Assembly (NCBI GenBank): GCA_965213925.1
Contig: OZ243927.1
Location: forward strand, 4,256,001-4,320,000
Length of the DNA stretch: 64,000 bases
Direction: 5' to 3'
Source: Trueperaceae bacterium
GTDB taxonomy: Bacteria > Deinococcota > Deinococci > Deinococcales > Trueperaceae
Shown here: piece after piece, positions 1 to 10,036 of the stretch
Numbering within the stretch: the stretch's first letter is position 1
Layout: each line of letters opens with the position of its first letter
Notes under the pieces: generated by a model
What the model was told of the DNA's origin: nothing
Databases searched by the model: none
What the model saw: the letters and a program-made list of their open reading frames with translations, nothing else
Made by a program: the position numbers and the translations under genes

Positions 1-431
1 AAGTCCAGCAGAATATCCTTCGCCATAAGCGCCCCGATTTGCCCATGTGCGCTGCGGTTCACCACATTGCCGATGTCGTGCAAAAGCCCCGCTATCGCCG
101 CGAGTTCGACCTGCCGCTCTGAGAAACTCAGATGACTCAGCACGTTGCTGGCGATGCTACTCACTAACTTGACGTGCCGCTCGCCGTGCTCGGTAAAACC
201 AAGTAGCTTGAGGTGGCGGTTAGCCGCGCGAATATAGTGCTGCACGTGAGGATGCTCGCGTACTTGCTCTAACCTAACGCGATCTTTGGCGAGAGGTGCA
301 TCGCCCGTTACGAGGGCTTCTTGTCGCTCCGCTTTTTGGGGGGGTAGCTCGAGGGTGCCCTGCGCGCTTTTGAGCGACTGAACGACAGATTCATCCGCTT
401 TAGCTTTAATTTGTGTTGAGGTATCTCCCAT
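1..431 (-). CDS. HD-domain phosphohydrolase (5' part; runs off window start)
   Basis: Manual translation from ATG 431: MGDTSTQ...GFTEHGERHV...AGLLHDIGNVVNR..HGQIGA, an H...HD motif. Missing from the ORF track because there is no stop in the window. Confidence 0.8.
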   Translation of the reverse strand, partial: MGDTSTQIKAKADESVVQSLKSAQGTLELPPQKAERQEALVTGDAPLAKDRVRLEQVREHPHVQHYIRAANRHLKLLGFTEHGERHVKLVSSIASNVLSHLSFSERQVELAAIAGLLHDIGNVVNRSAHGQIGALMAKDILLD

Positions 432-604
432 AGGTTAGCTTAAAGGGCAATTGTCAGAGCTGTTGCAGCCACTTCAGGAAGAGCGCTGGGTCCAAGATGT
501 TGTACATTGTGCGTCGATGCGCGACCCCCTGACGAAAACTACTGCGTCTATCCAATATCGGTTGGCCTTTCTTTGTCGAAACCGACATATAATGCCGAGC
601 GTTC

Positions 605-2617
605 ATGTTTAAGCTCGGCCCATATGACTGGTACGTTGACGAATCGGCTGAGGCTAGCGGTGTCAGGGTCGCTGAGCTAACAGGCGAGCTGCTTGTGACC
701 CTACGGGCGCAGCTCTCGCAAACGGACTTTATCGCCGCGCAAAAGGCAGGGTTGCTCTATGACTGGACCGAACCGAGCGACGAAGGCGCGGGAGGGGTCG
801 AGTTGCGCTTCGGCGCGCTAGGCGTGTTACGCGATTCGACCGCGCCGAGAGGTCTGTTGGATATCAAAGACGGCAAGGAGCCGAATACACATAAGTATTG
901 CGACGTGCAGGGCGTCGACAGCAGCCTGCGCTTCAACGGCACGGTGGAATTCAGCGGCGATGAGGTTCGTTTTGCAGGCAGCATGTACGCCAGTTACGCC
1001 AAGCAGCGCAGCTTCGAGTTGACGGCGACGGTGCCCATAGACGCGAACAGTTTGGCGCTTGAGCACTACCGCTACACCAGCCTCGAGGAGGTAGCAAGCG
1101 CGCCGCCCGAGCGCGTGCGCAAGCTGGACACCGAGCGCGTCAACATCCCCGAGTTACCCGACTGGGTGCGGCGGTTCACCGGGCTGGAGTACCTGCGCCT
1201 AGCCTACCGCCATATGAATTCATACGGCAATTTGCGCGCGTTGCCCGATTGGATAGGCGAACTGCGCGAGCTACGCGGTCTGCTCGTTCAGGGATGCAAG
1301 CTGCACCATCTACCTGAAAGTATCAGCGCGTTAGAGAACCTCGAAAACGTTGCCGTTCATGCGTGCCAGCTCACCGATACCCCTGCCGGGTTGTGGCGAC
1401 TTCCCAAGCTCAAATACCTTACGCTCTCGCAAAATCAGCTCACTGCGTTACCAGAAGGCGTCAACCTCCCCGCCCTCGAGACGTTGCAGTTACAGCACAA
1501 TAAACTCCAAACTTTACCTGTGAGTCTGCTACAGGGCTGCCCACAGCTCGTGCGCCTCAACCTCAACAACAACCCCCTCGAAACCCTTCCCGCAGGGATT
1601 GAGCGCATAGAGCACCTCGAGATAGACCTAGCTATTCGGCAGCGGCTCGCTCCTAAGCCGGTTGCGAGCGGCGGCGGTGATTACGACCCGGCGCACTACA
1701 AGATAGACGACGACCCCGCACGTAGTGCGATGCTCGAGCAGCTACTCAGCGACCCAGAAGCTGGTCTCGCGGTTCAGACCTTCGTGCGTCTAACGGCGCA
1801 AGCGGCGGTAGGCTTTCGCCAGGAGGTTACCCCCGTAGATTACTCGCGCCTGGGCGTTCACCGCTTCGGCGGCTTACCCGACCTGCCCACGGGCGAGGCG
1901 TATCCGCGCTTCAAGGCGTCGTGGACGCAAGAGGAGCAACCCGATGACGGATACGCCTACGAATTCATCGCGCAACTCGAGTGCGCGGCGCTCGCGCCGT
2001 TGCAGCGGTACTTGCCGCGCACGGGCTATCTCTACTTCTTCCTCTCGACCTTTCACGACCTCTACAACAATGCTGAGGGGTACCGACCCGGTCTGGTGAT
2101 ACACCACGACGTGGGACGCGGAGCGCTACTCAGCGGTGACCGCTTCGAGCTGACGGACGAAGATTTCTTCGAAGCCTACTCGTCTACGGGCGAGGGGTAC
2201 GCCTACACAGGTTACGACGCTGAGGCTGAAACGACTCTAGGACTGCCCCCTCTCTACCCGCTAGGTCAAAACACCTACCTCTTCCGAGAGGCCCTGCAAG
2301 CTGCGGGGCTGACGAATGACCCAGATGACGGTTGGGACGATGACGCGCTCGGCGACCTAGACATCCGCCTAGGGGATGTCGGCTCGAGCTTCGACCACCT
2401 TATGGGCGACTACGGCTTCTCACAGCACGAACTGCCTCAAACGGAGGCGGCGCTCGCGCAGGGTGGCGACCCGGCAGATTATCTGGTTTTGCTCACTGTT
2501 AAAAGTCGGGGCGATATGCAGTGGAGTGATGCGGGCGACCTGTATTACGTCATCCACAAGGGCGACCTAGCGCGTAGCGACTTCTCGCAGGTGTTCGTGT
2601 GTATGTACAGCAGTTGA
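605..2617 (+). CDS. Leucine-rich repeat protein with C-terminal YwqG/DUF1963-like domain
   Basis: LxxLxLxxNxL repeats in the middle of the protein; C-terminal RFGGLPDLP...FIAQL...LPRTGYLYFF and WSDAGDLYYVIHKGDLARSDFS match the DUF1963 pattern. Confidence 0.8.
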   Translation: MFKLGPYDWYVDESAEASGVRVAELTGELLVTLRAQLSQTDFIAAQKAGLLYDWTEPSDEGAGGVELRFGALGVLRDSTAPRGLLDIKDGKEPNTHKYCDVQGVDSSLRFNGTVEFSGDEVRFAGSMYASYAKQRSFELTATVPIDANSLALEHYRYTSLEEVASAPPERVRKLDTERVNIPELPDWVRRFTGLEYLRLAYRHMNSYGNLRALPDWIGELRELRGLLVQGCKLHHLPESISALENLENVAVHACQLTDTPAGLWRLPKLKYLTLSQNQLTALPEGVNLPALETLQLQHNKLQTLPVSLLQGCPQLVRLNLNNNPLETLPAGIERIEHLEIDLAIRQRLAPKPVASGGGDYDPAHYKIDDDPARSAMLEQLLSDPEAGLAVQTFVRLTAQAAVGFRQEVTPVDYSRLGVHRFGGLPDLPTGEAYPRFKASWTQEEQPDDGYAYEFIAQLECAALAPLQRYLPRTGYLYFFLSTFHDLYNNAEGYRPGLVIHHDVGRGALLSGDRFELTDEDFFEAYSSTGEGYAYTGYDAEAETTLGLPPLYPLGQNTYLFREALQAAGLTNDPDDGWDDDALGDLDIRLGDVGSSFDHLMGDYGFSQHELPQTEAALAQGGDPADYLVLLTVKSRGDMQWSDAGDLYYVIHKGDLARSDFSQVFVCMYSS

Positions 2618-2626
2618 GGCGTGCTT

Positions 2627-3181
2627 TTAGAGGTGCGTGGGCTCGAGCCTGAACCCCGGCAGTGAAAGCATAATGACATCAGGCATCTCTAAGTTTTGCC
2701 AAAAGGCGAACACGTTTGTCTCGTTGTAATGCGCCACAAAGAGCGACATCACCGAGGCGTGCGTGACGATAGCGAGAGGTTCGTTTGGATATTCGTGGAG
2801 AACGTTCCGCACTGCTCCATCAAACCGCTGACGCGCTTGCACTCCTGTTTCGTCTCCGAGAATGAGGTCATCGGGATTGCTGAAGAAGGACTCGAGCCGC
2901 TCCAGCCATACCTCTTGCGTTATATAAGGAACGCCCGTCCGCTCATGTTCGTACAGGTTTGGCGCAGTATTCCAGGGAGTACGGAGATGCTCAGCTAAAA
3001 CACGCCCCGTCTCTTTCGCCTTGAATTCTTCGCTGGTGATGATGCGGCTTAGCCTGTATTCTCTCAACCTCTTGGCTAAATCTTCACAAGCTGTGTAGGC
3101 GCGTTCGGTTAGGTGCCATTGACTCGAGGGGACACTCGGATTTTGCTCTGTCTCCGCATGGCGAATGAGCAAGAGGTTCAC
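2627..3181 (-). CDS. Histidine phosphatase family protein (candidate phosphoserine phosphatase)
   Basis: LIRHAET N-terminal motif and AIVTHA; start overlaps the stop of the upstream aminotransferase. Confidence 0.8.
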   Translation of the reverse strand: MNLLLIRHAETEQNPSVPSSQWHLTERAYTACEDLAKRLREYRLSRIITSEEFKAKETGRVLAEHLRTPWNTAPNLYEHERTGVPYITQEVWLERLESFFSNPDDLILGDETGVQARQRFDGAVRNVLHEYPNEPLAIVTHASVMSLFVAHYNETNVFAFWQNLEMPDVIMLSLPGFRLEPTHL

Positions 3182-4314
3182 TATTCAGAAAGCACGCGGA
3201 GCGCCTGCCCAACTGCCTGACCATACGGAACCTCTCGCCCCAACTCGCGCAGCACATCCTCCAAAACCGCTACAATCGTCACCGCGTCATAAGGGTCGGC
3301 GTAGCCCATGACCGAAGGGCGGAACAGCACGGGCTTAGCGTGGTCTTGTCCGCCTGCGATGCGCACACCTCTTGCGGCAAAGCCTTTGACGATGGCGGGC
3401 GCGTCTACGCCTTCGGGCGCACGGAGCGCCGCGACTGCTGGGCTGACGCGCTCGGCGTAGGCGCAGCAGTCTAAAACTTTTGCCGCCTCGAGAATCGCCC
3501 TATTCATCCTTTCGCGCCGCGCCCAAACGTTTTCAATGCCCTCATCTAAAAGCATATTTAGCGCGACGTTCAGTCCGTAAACGAGGCTCACGGCGGGCGT
3601 GTAGGCGGTCTGCCCCTGCTGTTGACTCCTGCGCTCTTTATGCAAATCTAAGTAAAAAGTTGGCGTGTCGCCCCCTCGCGCCCAAGCTCGCTTAGAAAGC
3701 CACGCGAAGGCGAGACCGGGCGGGGTCATCAAACCTTTCTGGCTACCGGAGAATATACCGTCGAGCTTCCACTCTTTGGGTCTAAGCTCCGTCACACCCA
3801 AGCTCGTCACGCAGTCCACCAAAAAAAGGGCGTCTGGCGTGACCTCTTGGATGACCCTGGAGATTGCCTCGATATTATGAAGCGCACCAGTGGACGTTTC
3901 CGAGTGCGTGGTCATCACGGCGGCGGTGTCGGGATGTTCTTTTAGGAGGTCGCGGACCGCCTCGGGTTGGGCGACGCTGCCCCACTCGAGCCCATACTCC
4001 ACTACCTCATACCCGTAGTGCCGCGCCAGCTTCACCCAGCGCTCGCCGAACTTGCCCGCGCTGATGCCGAGCACCTTACTGCCACGCGGTACGGATGCGA
4101 GTAGCCCCGCCTCAAAGCCTGCCGTGCCGCTACCTGCGAGAATTAGCACGTCTTCACCAGGTACCTGCGCGAGCTGGGCTAACTTCTCCCGCACCTCTAC
4201 AAAGAGGTGTTTGAAAACGTCGGTGCGGTGGTGCATCACCTGCCGCGACGACGCTTCTAGGACTTGCGGTGGGACTTCGACGGGTCCGGGGGCGAGAAGG
4301 CGGGGTTTATACAT
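3181..4314 (-). CDS. Class V PLP aminotransferase (serine-pyruvate/alanine-glyoxylate type)
   Basis: LLAPGP, HSETSTG, VDCVTSLG, GSQKGLMTPPG motifs. Confidence 0.9.
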   Translation of the reverse strand: MYKPRLLAPGPVEVPPQVLEASSRQVMHHRTDVFKHLFVEVREKLAQLAQVPGEDVLILAGSGTAGFEAGLLASVPRGSKVLGISAGKFGERWVKLARHYGYEVVEYGLEWGSVAQPEAVRDLLKEHPDTAAVMTTHSETSTGALHNIEAISRVIQEVTPDALFLVDCVTSLGVTELRPKEWKLDGIFSGSQKGLMTPPGLAFAWLSKRAWARGGDTPTFYLDLHKERRSQQQGQTAYTPAVSLVYGLNVALNMLLDEGIENVWARRERMNRAILEAAKVLDCCAYAERVSPAVAALRAPEGVDAPAIVKGFAARGVRIAGGQDHAKPVLFRPSVMGYADPYDAVTIVAVLEDVLRELGREVPYGQAVGQALRVLSE

Positions 4315-5888
4315 CAGAGCCTCACGACGCTCAAGCTCCGCAGCACGTTTGGCAGACTCTGCAGCACCTCTAAGACCTCATCGCTAGGCGCTTGGTCGAG
4401 GGTGAGGGCAAAGAGCGCCAGACCGTCTTCACCGACCCTCGAGAGCTGCATCCCCGAGATGTTCACGCCCGCGTCGCCTAAGACCGTGCCGACTTTACCC
4501 ACCGCGCCGGGGCGGTCGTAGTTCGTGCAAATCAGCATCGTCCCTTCAGGGCGAAGCTCGATGGGAAAGCCGTCAATCGAGACGATGCGCGGGTCCGTGC
4601 CTAAAACCGTGCCGCCGACGCTGACGCTATGCCCGTTGGAGGTCGCTGTGACCATCACGTGACTCAGGTAGCCGCGACTGCGCGAGGCGGTCACTTTGGA
4701 GACGCGGATGTCGCGCTCTTTGGCGATGGCGGAGGCGTTGATGTAGTTGGGCGGCTCGTCCAGGATGGGCTCTAAGTAGCCTTTCGTCGCCGCCACCGCG
4801 ATGGGGTCAGGGTCTATTGGGAAGGTTCCTGAAAACTCGATTTGCAGCTCGCGTACGCGCCCTTTGGCGAGTTGGGCGATCATCTTACCCAAGGCTTCGC
4901 CGACTTGGAGGTGCGGTCCTAGTGCAGCGACGACTTCGGGTGCTAAGGCGGGCGCGTTGACGACGCCTCTCGAGAGGTCGCCCTGAAGCGCCAACGCCGT
5001 GCGCTCCAAAATTTCCGCACCCACTCGCGCTTGCGCCTCTTGCGTGTTCGCGCCTAAGTGCGCGGTTAAGACGACGTCATCACGTTGCAGAAGGGGATGG
5101 TCAACCGAAGGGGGCTCTAAGACGTACACGTCCAAGCCTGCGCCGAAGAGTTTGCCGCTCTCGAGGGCTTCTAAAAGCGCCTCTTCTTGAATGATGCCGC
5201 CCCGCGCCGCGTTCACCACAATCGCTTTAGCCGGCAAACAGCCGAGTTCCGCCGCGCCGATCATACCCGTGGTCTCGTCGGTCAGCGGTGTATGCACCGT
5301 TAAGAAGTCCGACTGAGAGAGCATCTCTTGAAGGTTGTCGAACAGTTTCACCTTGAGGTCGTCCGCGCGGTGGCGCGAGATGTAGGGGTCGTACGCCATC
5401 ACGTGCATCCCGAGCCCCTGCGCCCGTTTCGACACGAGCGAACCGATGCGCCCGAGCCCTACGATGCCGAGCCGCGCCCCCTTGACCTCTCGCCCTAAGA
5501 ACTTCCGGTCCCACGTGCCCGCGCGGATGAGCCTATCCGAGCGGCTCACCCCTCTCGCCGCGCTGAGCATGAGCGCGACCGCGAGTTCCGCCGCCGAGAC
5601 GTTGTTCGCCTCGGGCGCGTTGAGGACCAAAAGACCTTTTCGGCTGGCAGCGTCCAGGTCGATGTTATCCACCCCGACGCCGCCCCGCCCGATCACCTTG
5701 AGGTTTTTCGCCGCCTTAATCAGCGCCTCGTCCACCTGCGTGCGGCTCCTCGTGATGATGCCGTCGTAGTCGTGGGCGATGTCTAAGAGGTCTTCTCTCG
5801 AAATGCCCGCTTGATAATCCACTTCGATGTCTGGATACGTTTTGTCGCCGAGTTGAATGGTGTCTGTTACGAGTACCTTATACGCCAT
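4314..5888 (-). CDS. serA: D-3-phosphoglycerate dehydrogenase (long form with ASB and ACT domains)
   Basis: GRGGVGVDNID, GLGRIG, NAARGG, HLGANT, C-terminal DRPG ACT domain. Confidence 0.95.
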   Translation of the reverse strand: MAYKVLVTDTIQLGDKTYPDIEVDYQAGISREDLLDIAHDYDGIITRSRTQVDEALIKAAKNLKVIGRGGVGVDNIDLDAASRKGLLVLNAPEANNVSAAELAVALMLSAARGVSRSDRLIRAGTWDRKFLGREVKGARLGIVGLGRIGSLVSKRAQGLGMHVMAYDPYISRHRADDLKVKLFDNLQEMLSQSDFLTVHTPLTDETTGMIGAAELGCLPAKAIVVNAARGGIIQEEALLEALESGKLFGAGLDVYVLEPPSVDHPLLQRDDVVLTAHLGANTQEAQARVGAEILERTALALQGDLSRGVVNAPALAPEVVAALGPHLQVGEALGKMIAQLAKGRVRELQIEFSGTFPIDPDPIAVAATKGYLEPILDEPPNYINASAIAKERDIRVSKVTASRSRGYLSHVMVTATSNGHSVSVGGTVLGTDPRIVSIDGFPIELRPEGTMLICTNYDRPGAVGKVGTVLGDAGVNISGMQLSRVGEDGLALFALTLDQAPSDEVLEVLQSLPNVLRSLSVVRL

Positions 5889-5945
5889 ATGCAGCCAGGA
5901 TACCGCAAGGAGGCTGTGAAATCTCTCGCTTTGTAACGTAGGGGG

Positions 5946-6008
5946 AAGGACTGAGGAAAAAGGACTGAGGACTGAGAGAAAGTCTTTAACCTCAGTCCTC
6001 AGTCCTTT
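5946..6008. repeat. Heptamer (AGGACTG) tandem repeat folded into an inverted pair
   Basis: aggactgagg...aggactgaggactgag / ctcagtcctcagtcct; a related copy lies at 14707-14770. Confidence 0.7.
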
Positions 6009-6030
6009 AACCTTTTCTCTTTTAACTTCC

Positions 6031-6507
6031 CTACCTTCTCCGCCTCAAGTCTCCCACGCCTGGTAGCCTCGGCGACGGCAGCGCATACGCCCAGAGCGCC
6101 GCGCCGAAAAAGAGCGTGCCCCAGGCGAAAGCGACGGACGCTAGGGTGGTGCTGAGGGCGAAGGGGAGCGTGGAGGACCAAACCAGCAAGATAATCCCGT
6201 GCAGTATAGCGAGCACCACAGGCACAGCGGCGACGCGCACGTGTTGAGGTCGGTAAAAGCGCGGTGCGATGCGTAGAAGCAGAGTGGCGACGCCGATACT
6301 TAAGAGTGCAACGAGGACGACGCCGAAGCCGAAGCCGTCTATCAAACTAACGCGGCGCAAAACGTAGATGAGGTGAACCACCCAGGGAAGTAAGCTAGCG
6401 AGCAGCACTTCAGGGATGCGCTGCATCCCTAGAGCGCGGCGTGCGATGAGACCGGCGATAAAGCCGAATAAAAGGGCGAAGATACCGAAGCGGAGGAGGA
6501 GGCGCAT
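6031..6507 (-). CDS. Hypothetical integral membrane protein
   Basis: About 5 hydrophobic segments; shares motifs with 6512-7015. Confidence 0.7.
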   Translation of the reverse strand: MRLLLRFGIFALLFGFIAGLIARRALGMQRIPEVLLASLLPWVVHLIYVLRRVSLIDGFGFGVVLVALLSIGVATLLLRIAPRFYRPQHVRVAAVPVVLAILHGIILLVWSSTLPFALSTTLASVAFAWGTLFFGAALWAYALPSPRLPGVGDLRRRR

Positions 6508-6511
6508 AGGT

Positions 6512-7015
6512 TTATCTTAGCTTTAGATAGTATTTTAGGGTGTGGGGCTCGAGATACCTCGTCAGCGCGTAGCCGAAGAGCGCCGCGCTCGCCGTTGAAG
6601 AGGTCCAAAAGAGCGTGACATGAGCGGTATTGTCGAACAAGATTTCATGCCTCACAAGTTCTTGAGAAAATTGCTCCAAGGGAATCTCAAAGTACAGAAA
6701 ACCTAGAACGAGTGGCAAAAGAGGCGCAAGAAGTGGCACGCGCCACGTCGCAAAGAGGCTCGCTAATAGCAAAACACCTGCGAGAAGGGTGCTCGTTATG
6801 ATAAAAGAGGTCGGATCAACATGAGGAGCACTCGGCCACACCTCATTAATGTCTTTCGCATAGAAGAGGTGGAGCAGCCAGGGCAAAAGGCTCGGTACTA
6901 AAAAGATAAGCAGTGTGTGTCGCCAACCGCCTGTAAACTTCATCAAGATGCCAAAGCCAAAACCGAGTAGAAACATGAAAAGTGGGTAGATAACCACGGC
7001 GAAGAGAAAAAACAT
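6512..7015 (-). CDS. Hypothetical integral membrane protein
   Basis: Hydrophobic segments; TAAAAT -10 box 9 nt before ATG. Confidence 0.7.
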   Translation of the reverse strand: MFFLFAVVIYPLFMFLLGFGFGILMKFTGGWRHTLLIFLVPSLLPWLLHLFYAKDINEVWPSAPHVDPTSFIITSTLLAGVLLLASLFATWRVPLLAPLLPLVLGFLYFEIPLEQFSQELVRHEILFDNTAHVTLFWTSSTASAALFGYALTRYLEPHTLKYYLKLR

Positions 7016-7061
7016 GTACTCAACATTTTAAGCTAGAAACGCACGCTGTGAGGTTCTGTTT

Positions 7062-7339
7062 TCACGCTCGAGATTCCCTTCGCTGCAACGCTTCGGGAAG
7101 GGTGTCTCTCATGTGTTTTAGCAGGTTAGGGAGCGTATAGGCGAGAAGACAAAGGCTAACGAGCAGGTTTCCGAAGAAGGCAGCCCTAGGTCTCTCTCCG
7201 CGATCACAAATCCGTCCGAGTGCTTTTCGGTGGCACCTAAGCAGTGTTGTGTCTTCTTGGCGCGGTCCCACGCGACGAGTACGCAGAAGCTCTCATGCTC
7301 GTCCCGCCCGCGAAGAAGTTTCTCGCGCTCACCCTTCAA
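7062..7339 (-). pseudogene. Degenerate fragment resembling the RecG helicase C-terminal region
   Basis: LRGR..HESFCVLVA.DR.KKTQH.L...EKHSDGFVIAERDL resembles RecG motif VI and the TRG region (DGFxIAExDL), then the frame breaks. Confidence 0.5.
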
Positions 7340-7590
7340 AATCTAGGGTACATGTACTATCTGAGCACCATTTCTTACACTGTGAAAAATCCCCTAAGCG
7401 GCGTCACTCAAGCACTTGTGGTTTTTCGAACATTCACGTTCTACACGGTATTTAAGTACAAGTGTATCTATAGCGGGAGAGGGGTTTCGTGCTTCACTAA
7501 GTTCATGAACGCGTACCCGTGCTAGCAAGGCAGCGCGCGGTGCACCCACCCATAAGATGAGCAAGCTTGATAAGGAACATAGAGGTTACG

Positions 7591-7905
7591 ATGAGCATAG
7601 GGGTAGAATTCAACGAGTTGGAAAGGGCGTTCGACGTCGCGGCTGAGGCGACGGAGCATCTGCTCGGCGAGTACGCGCTTTTCGTGCTCGAGCACGAAGA
7701 GGTCACCGCATTCTTGCAAGACCATCTCTGCGCGCTCAAGCATGACTTTGGGCTCGCGCTTTACAATTTCGACAGCAAACGAGCCAAAGAACTTTTAGAA
7801 GACGTTCAGACGCTTTTCGGCGAAGCGCAGCTCAAGGTCAACCGGGGCGTCATCCCCTCGCCCCAGCAGGTGAGCCATACCACACTCAGCAAGACGGGCT
7901 GGTAG
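7591..7905 (+). CDS. Hypothetical protein
   Basis: ORF 7567-7905; AGAGG RBS before ATG 7591. Confidence 0.6.
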   Translation: MSIGVEFNELERAFDVAAEATEHLLGEYALFVLEHEEVTAFLQDHLCALKHDFGLALYNFDSKRAKELLEDVQTLFGEAQLKVNRGVIPSPQQVSHTTLSKTGW

Positions 7906-7914
7906 GCTCGGTCC

Positions 7915-8457
7915 CTAACCTGTCCTCACATACACGAAGCGGCTCAGCAGCGCGCCGAGTAGAAGGCTCGGCAGCGCGATGTAGACGAGCAGCGGGTCGG
8001 CTGTCACTTCGGGGCGGAAGAACTTGGCGAGTTCGACACCTAACGAGAGCAAGCCCCCTGTAACGAGCGCGATGACGAACGCTTGCGGCGTTCCCCTACG
8101 GAACAGCCAAGAGGTCAAGAAGTAGCCGAACGTCAGGTAGAACATCCCGTGAATCACCTGCGAAAACGTGTCCATCTCCTGCTCGGGTAAGATCGCCTGC
8201 AGCGCGATGATGACCACCGTCATCGTCACGTAGATACCTGCCCAACGCTGCTGCCGCCTGGCTTTCTCTGTAGGTTTCCCCGTGGATTTCTCTGTGGCTT
8301 TCTCGCTGCGCGGCTCGAGCGACTCGCGTTTTTCTTTCTTAGGCGCGGGTTTAGCGGTCTGCACTCTCTTCGTCTGCCGCGTCCCTCGGCGCTTATCGCG
8401 CTCCTTCTCACGCTTTTTATCTGACTTTTCGGTGGCTCTGCGGAGTTGCCTGTTCAT
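7915..8457 (-). CDS. Hypothetical membrane protein with basic N-terminus
   Basis: K/R-rich N-terminus followed by about 4 TM segments; TACAGT 6 nt before ATG. Confidence 0.75.
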   Translation of the reverse strand: MNRQLRRATEKSDKKREKERDKRRGTRQTKRVQTAKPAPKKEKRESLEPRSEKATEKSTGKPTEKARRQQRWAGIYVTMTVVIIALQAILPEQEMDTFSQVIHGMFYLTFGYFLTSWLFRRGTPQAFVIALVTGGLLSLGVELAKFFRPEVTADPLLVYIALPSLLLGALLSRFVYVRTG

Positions 8458-8511
8458 AAAGTTACTGTAACAGGTCTAGGGACGCGCTGCCGTTTGCTGG
8501 TACGGAACGGA

Positions 8512-8570
8512 TAAGTAATGAGTGAAAATCTTTAGACTCATTGCTCGGTACTCGTTGCTCATTGCTTACT
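8512..8570. repeat. Heptamer (GAGCAAT/ATTGCTC) repeat tract
   Basis: ctcattgctcggtactcgttgctcattgct; same family at 33259, 45121 and 48444. Confidence 0.65.
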
Positions 8571-8608
8571 CCCCTGTGCAGTAACTTCCCACCCTATGGG
8601 TGACTACC

Positions 8609-9964
8609 CTAATCCGACAACGCCACGTTCGCCGCCACTAGAAGCGAATCCCACACGCCACTAAAAGGCGGCGCGTACGCCATGTCGAGGTCGGCTAGGT
8701 CGGCGAGGGTGCCGCCCTTGAGGAGGAGCGCGGCGATAGCGTCCACGCGCTTGACGGCGTCGCCGTAACCCGCGAGCTGTGCGCCTAAAAGTTTCTGCGA
8801 GCCTTTCTCCCAGACGAGCGTGACGGTGAGGGGTGACTTGTCGGGGTAGTAGCCCGCGTGGTCCGTGTCTTCGATGCAGAGGCTTTCCGCGTCGAAGCCC
8901 GCCTCCTGCGCGGCTTTCTCGTTGAGACCCGTCGTCGCAAAAGCGCGCTCGAAGACCTTGGTGACGGCGGTGCCTAAAACGCCCTTGAACGACGCCTCTT
9001 TGCCCGCGATGACCGTGCCCGCCACGCGCCCCTGCTTGTTCGCGGTGTCGCCTAAGGGCAGCCACGTCGAGTTATCCGTGAGCATATGACGCACTGCCGT
9101 CACGTCGCCTACGGCGTAGACGTTCTCGACGTTCGTGCGCAGTTTCTCGTCCGTTAAAACGGCGTCGCTCGGTCCGAGGTCTACGCCTAGCCCCTTTGCC
9201 AGCTCGCTGTTAGGTTTCACGCCCGCCGCCATAATCACGAGGTCGGCGTCCAGCGTCTCTTTCTCCTCACCGGCTTTCATGACGACGCGCTCGACTCTGC
9301 CGTCCCCTTCGAAGCCGGTGACTTCGGTGCCTAAGTAGACATCCACACCGTTGTCTTTAAGCTCGCAGCGGGCGATTTCGGAGTAGTCGGGCGTGATGGA
9401 CGCCAAGAGGTGCTCGGACATCTCGACGACGCTCACGTGAAGTCCGGCTAGCGTGAGGGCTTCTGCCATCTCGAGCCCGATATACCCCCCGCCCACGATG
9501 ACTGCACGCGTCGCGCCCTCGGCGGCTTCGGCAATCGCCGCCGCGTCCTCCATGCGCCGCAAGGTGTAGATATTTTCCAAGGCTATGCCAGGTAAATCCG
9601 GTCTGACGGCTTGCGCCCCCGTCGCTAGCACCAAAACGTCGTAGGACGCTTCAAAGGTATCGCCCGACTCCAAGTTCTTGACCTCGAGCGTGCGTTTCTC
9701 GTGGTCTATTTCTGTCACCTCGTGGCGCACCTTGACCTCGACGCCCCGCTCCGCCATCTCCTCGGGCGAGCGCGAGACCAGCTTCTCCAGGTCGGGAATC
9801 AGCCCGCCGATGACGTAGGGCATCCCGCACGCCCCGTACGAGATGTAGTGGCTCCTTTCGAATACAGTGACCTCGAGTTCAGGATTCTCCCGCTTAGCCT
9901 TCGACGCCGCGCTCATTCCCCCCGCGACGCCTCCAACAATGACGACTTTTTTTGCGTTAGACAT
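8609..9964 (-). CDS. CoA-disulfide reductase / NADH oxidase family flavoprotein
   Basis: GGVAGGMSAA, SYGACG (single redox Cys), GGGYIGLE, YAPPFS. Confidence 0.9.
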   Translation of the reverse strand: MSNAKKVVIVGGVAGGMSAASKAKRENPELEVTVFERSHYISYGACGMPYVIGGLIPDLEKLVSRSPEEMAERGVEVKVRHEVTEIDHEKRTLEVKNLESGDTFEASYDVLVLATGAQAVRPDLPGIALENIYTLRRMEDAAAIAEAAEGATRAVIVGGGYIGLEMAEALTLAGLHVSVVEMSEHLLASITPDYSEIARCELKDNGVDVYLGTEVTGFEGDGRVERVVMKAGEEKETLDADLVIMAAGVKPNSELAKGLGVDLGPSDAVLTDEKLRTNVENVYAVGDVTAVRHMLTDNSTWLPLGDTANKQGRVAGTVIAGKEASFKGVLGTAVTKVFERAFATTGLNEKAAQEAGFDAESLCIEDTDHAGYYPDKSPLTVTLVWEKGSQKLLGAQLAGYGDAVKRVDAIAALLLKGGTLADLADLDMAYAPPFSGVWDSLLVAANVALSD

Positions 9965-10036
9965 AGAGATAAGTTTACGCCCGCGCCGAGCCGCGCGCCG
10001 TAGCGCGCCCTTTCTTTCGTGCTACACTTCGGGATT

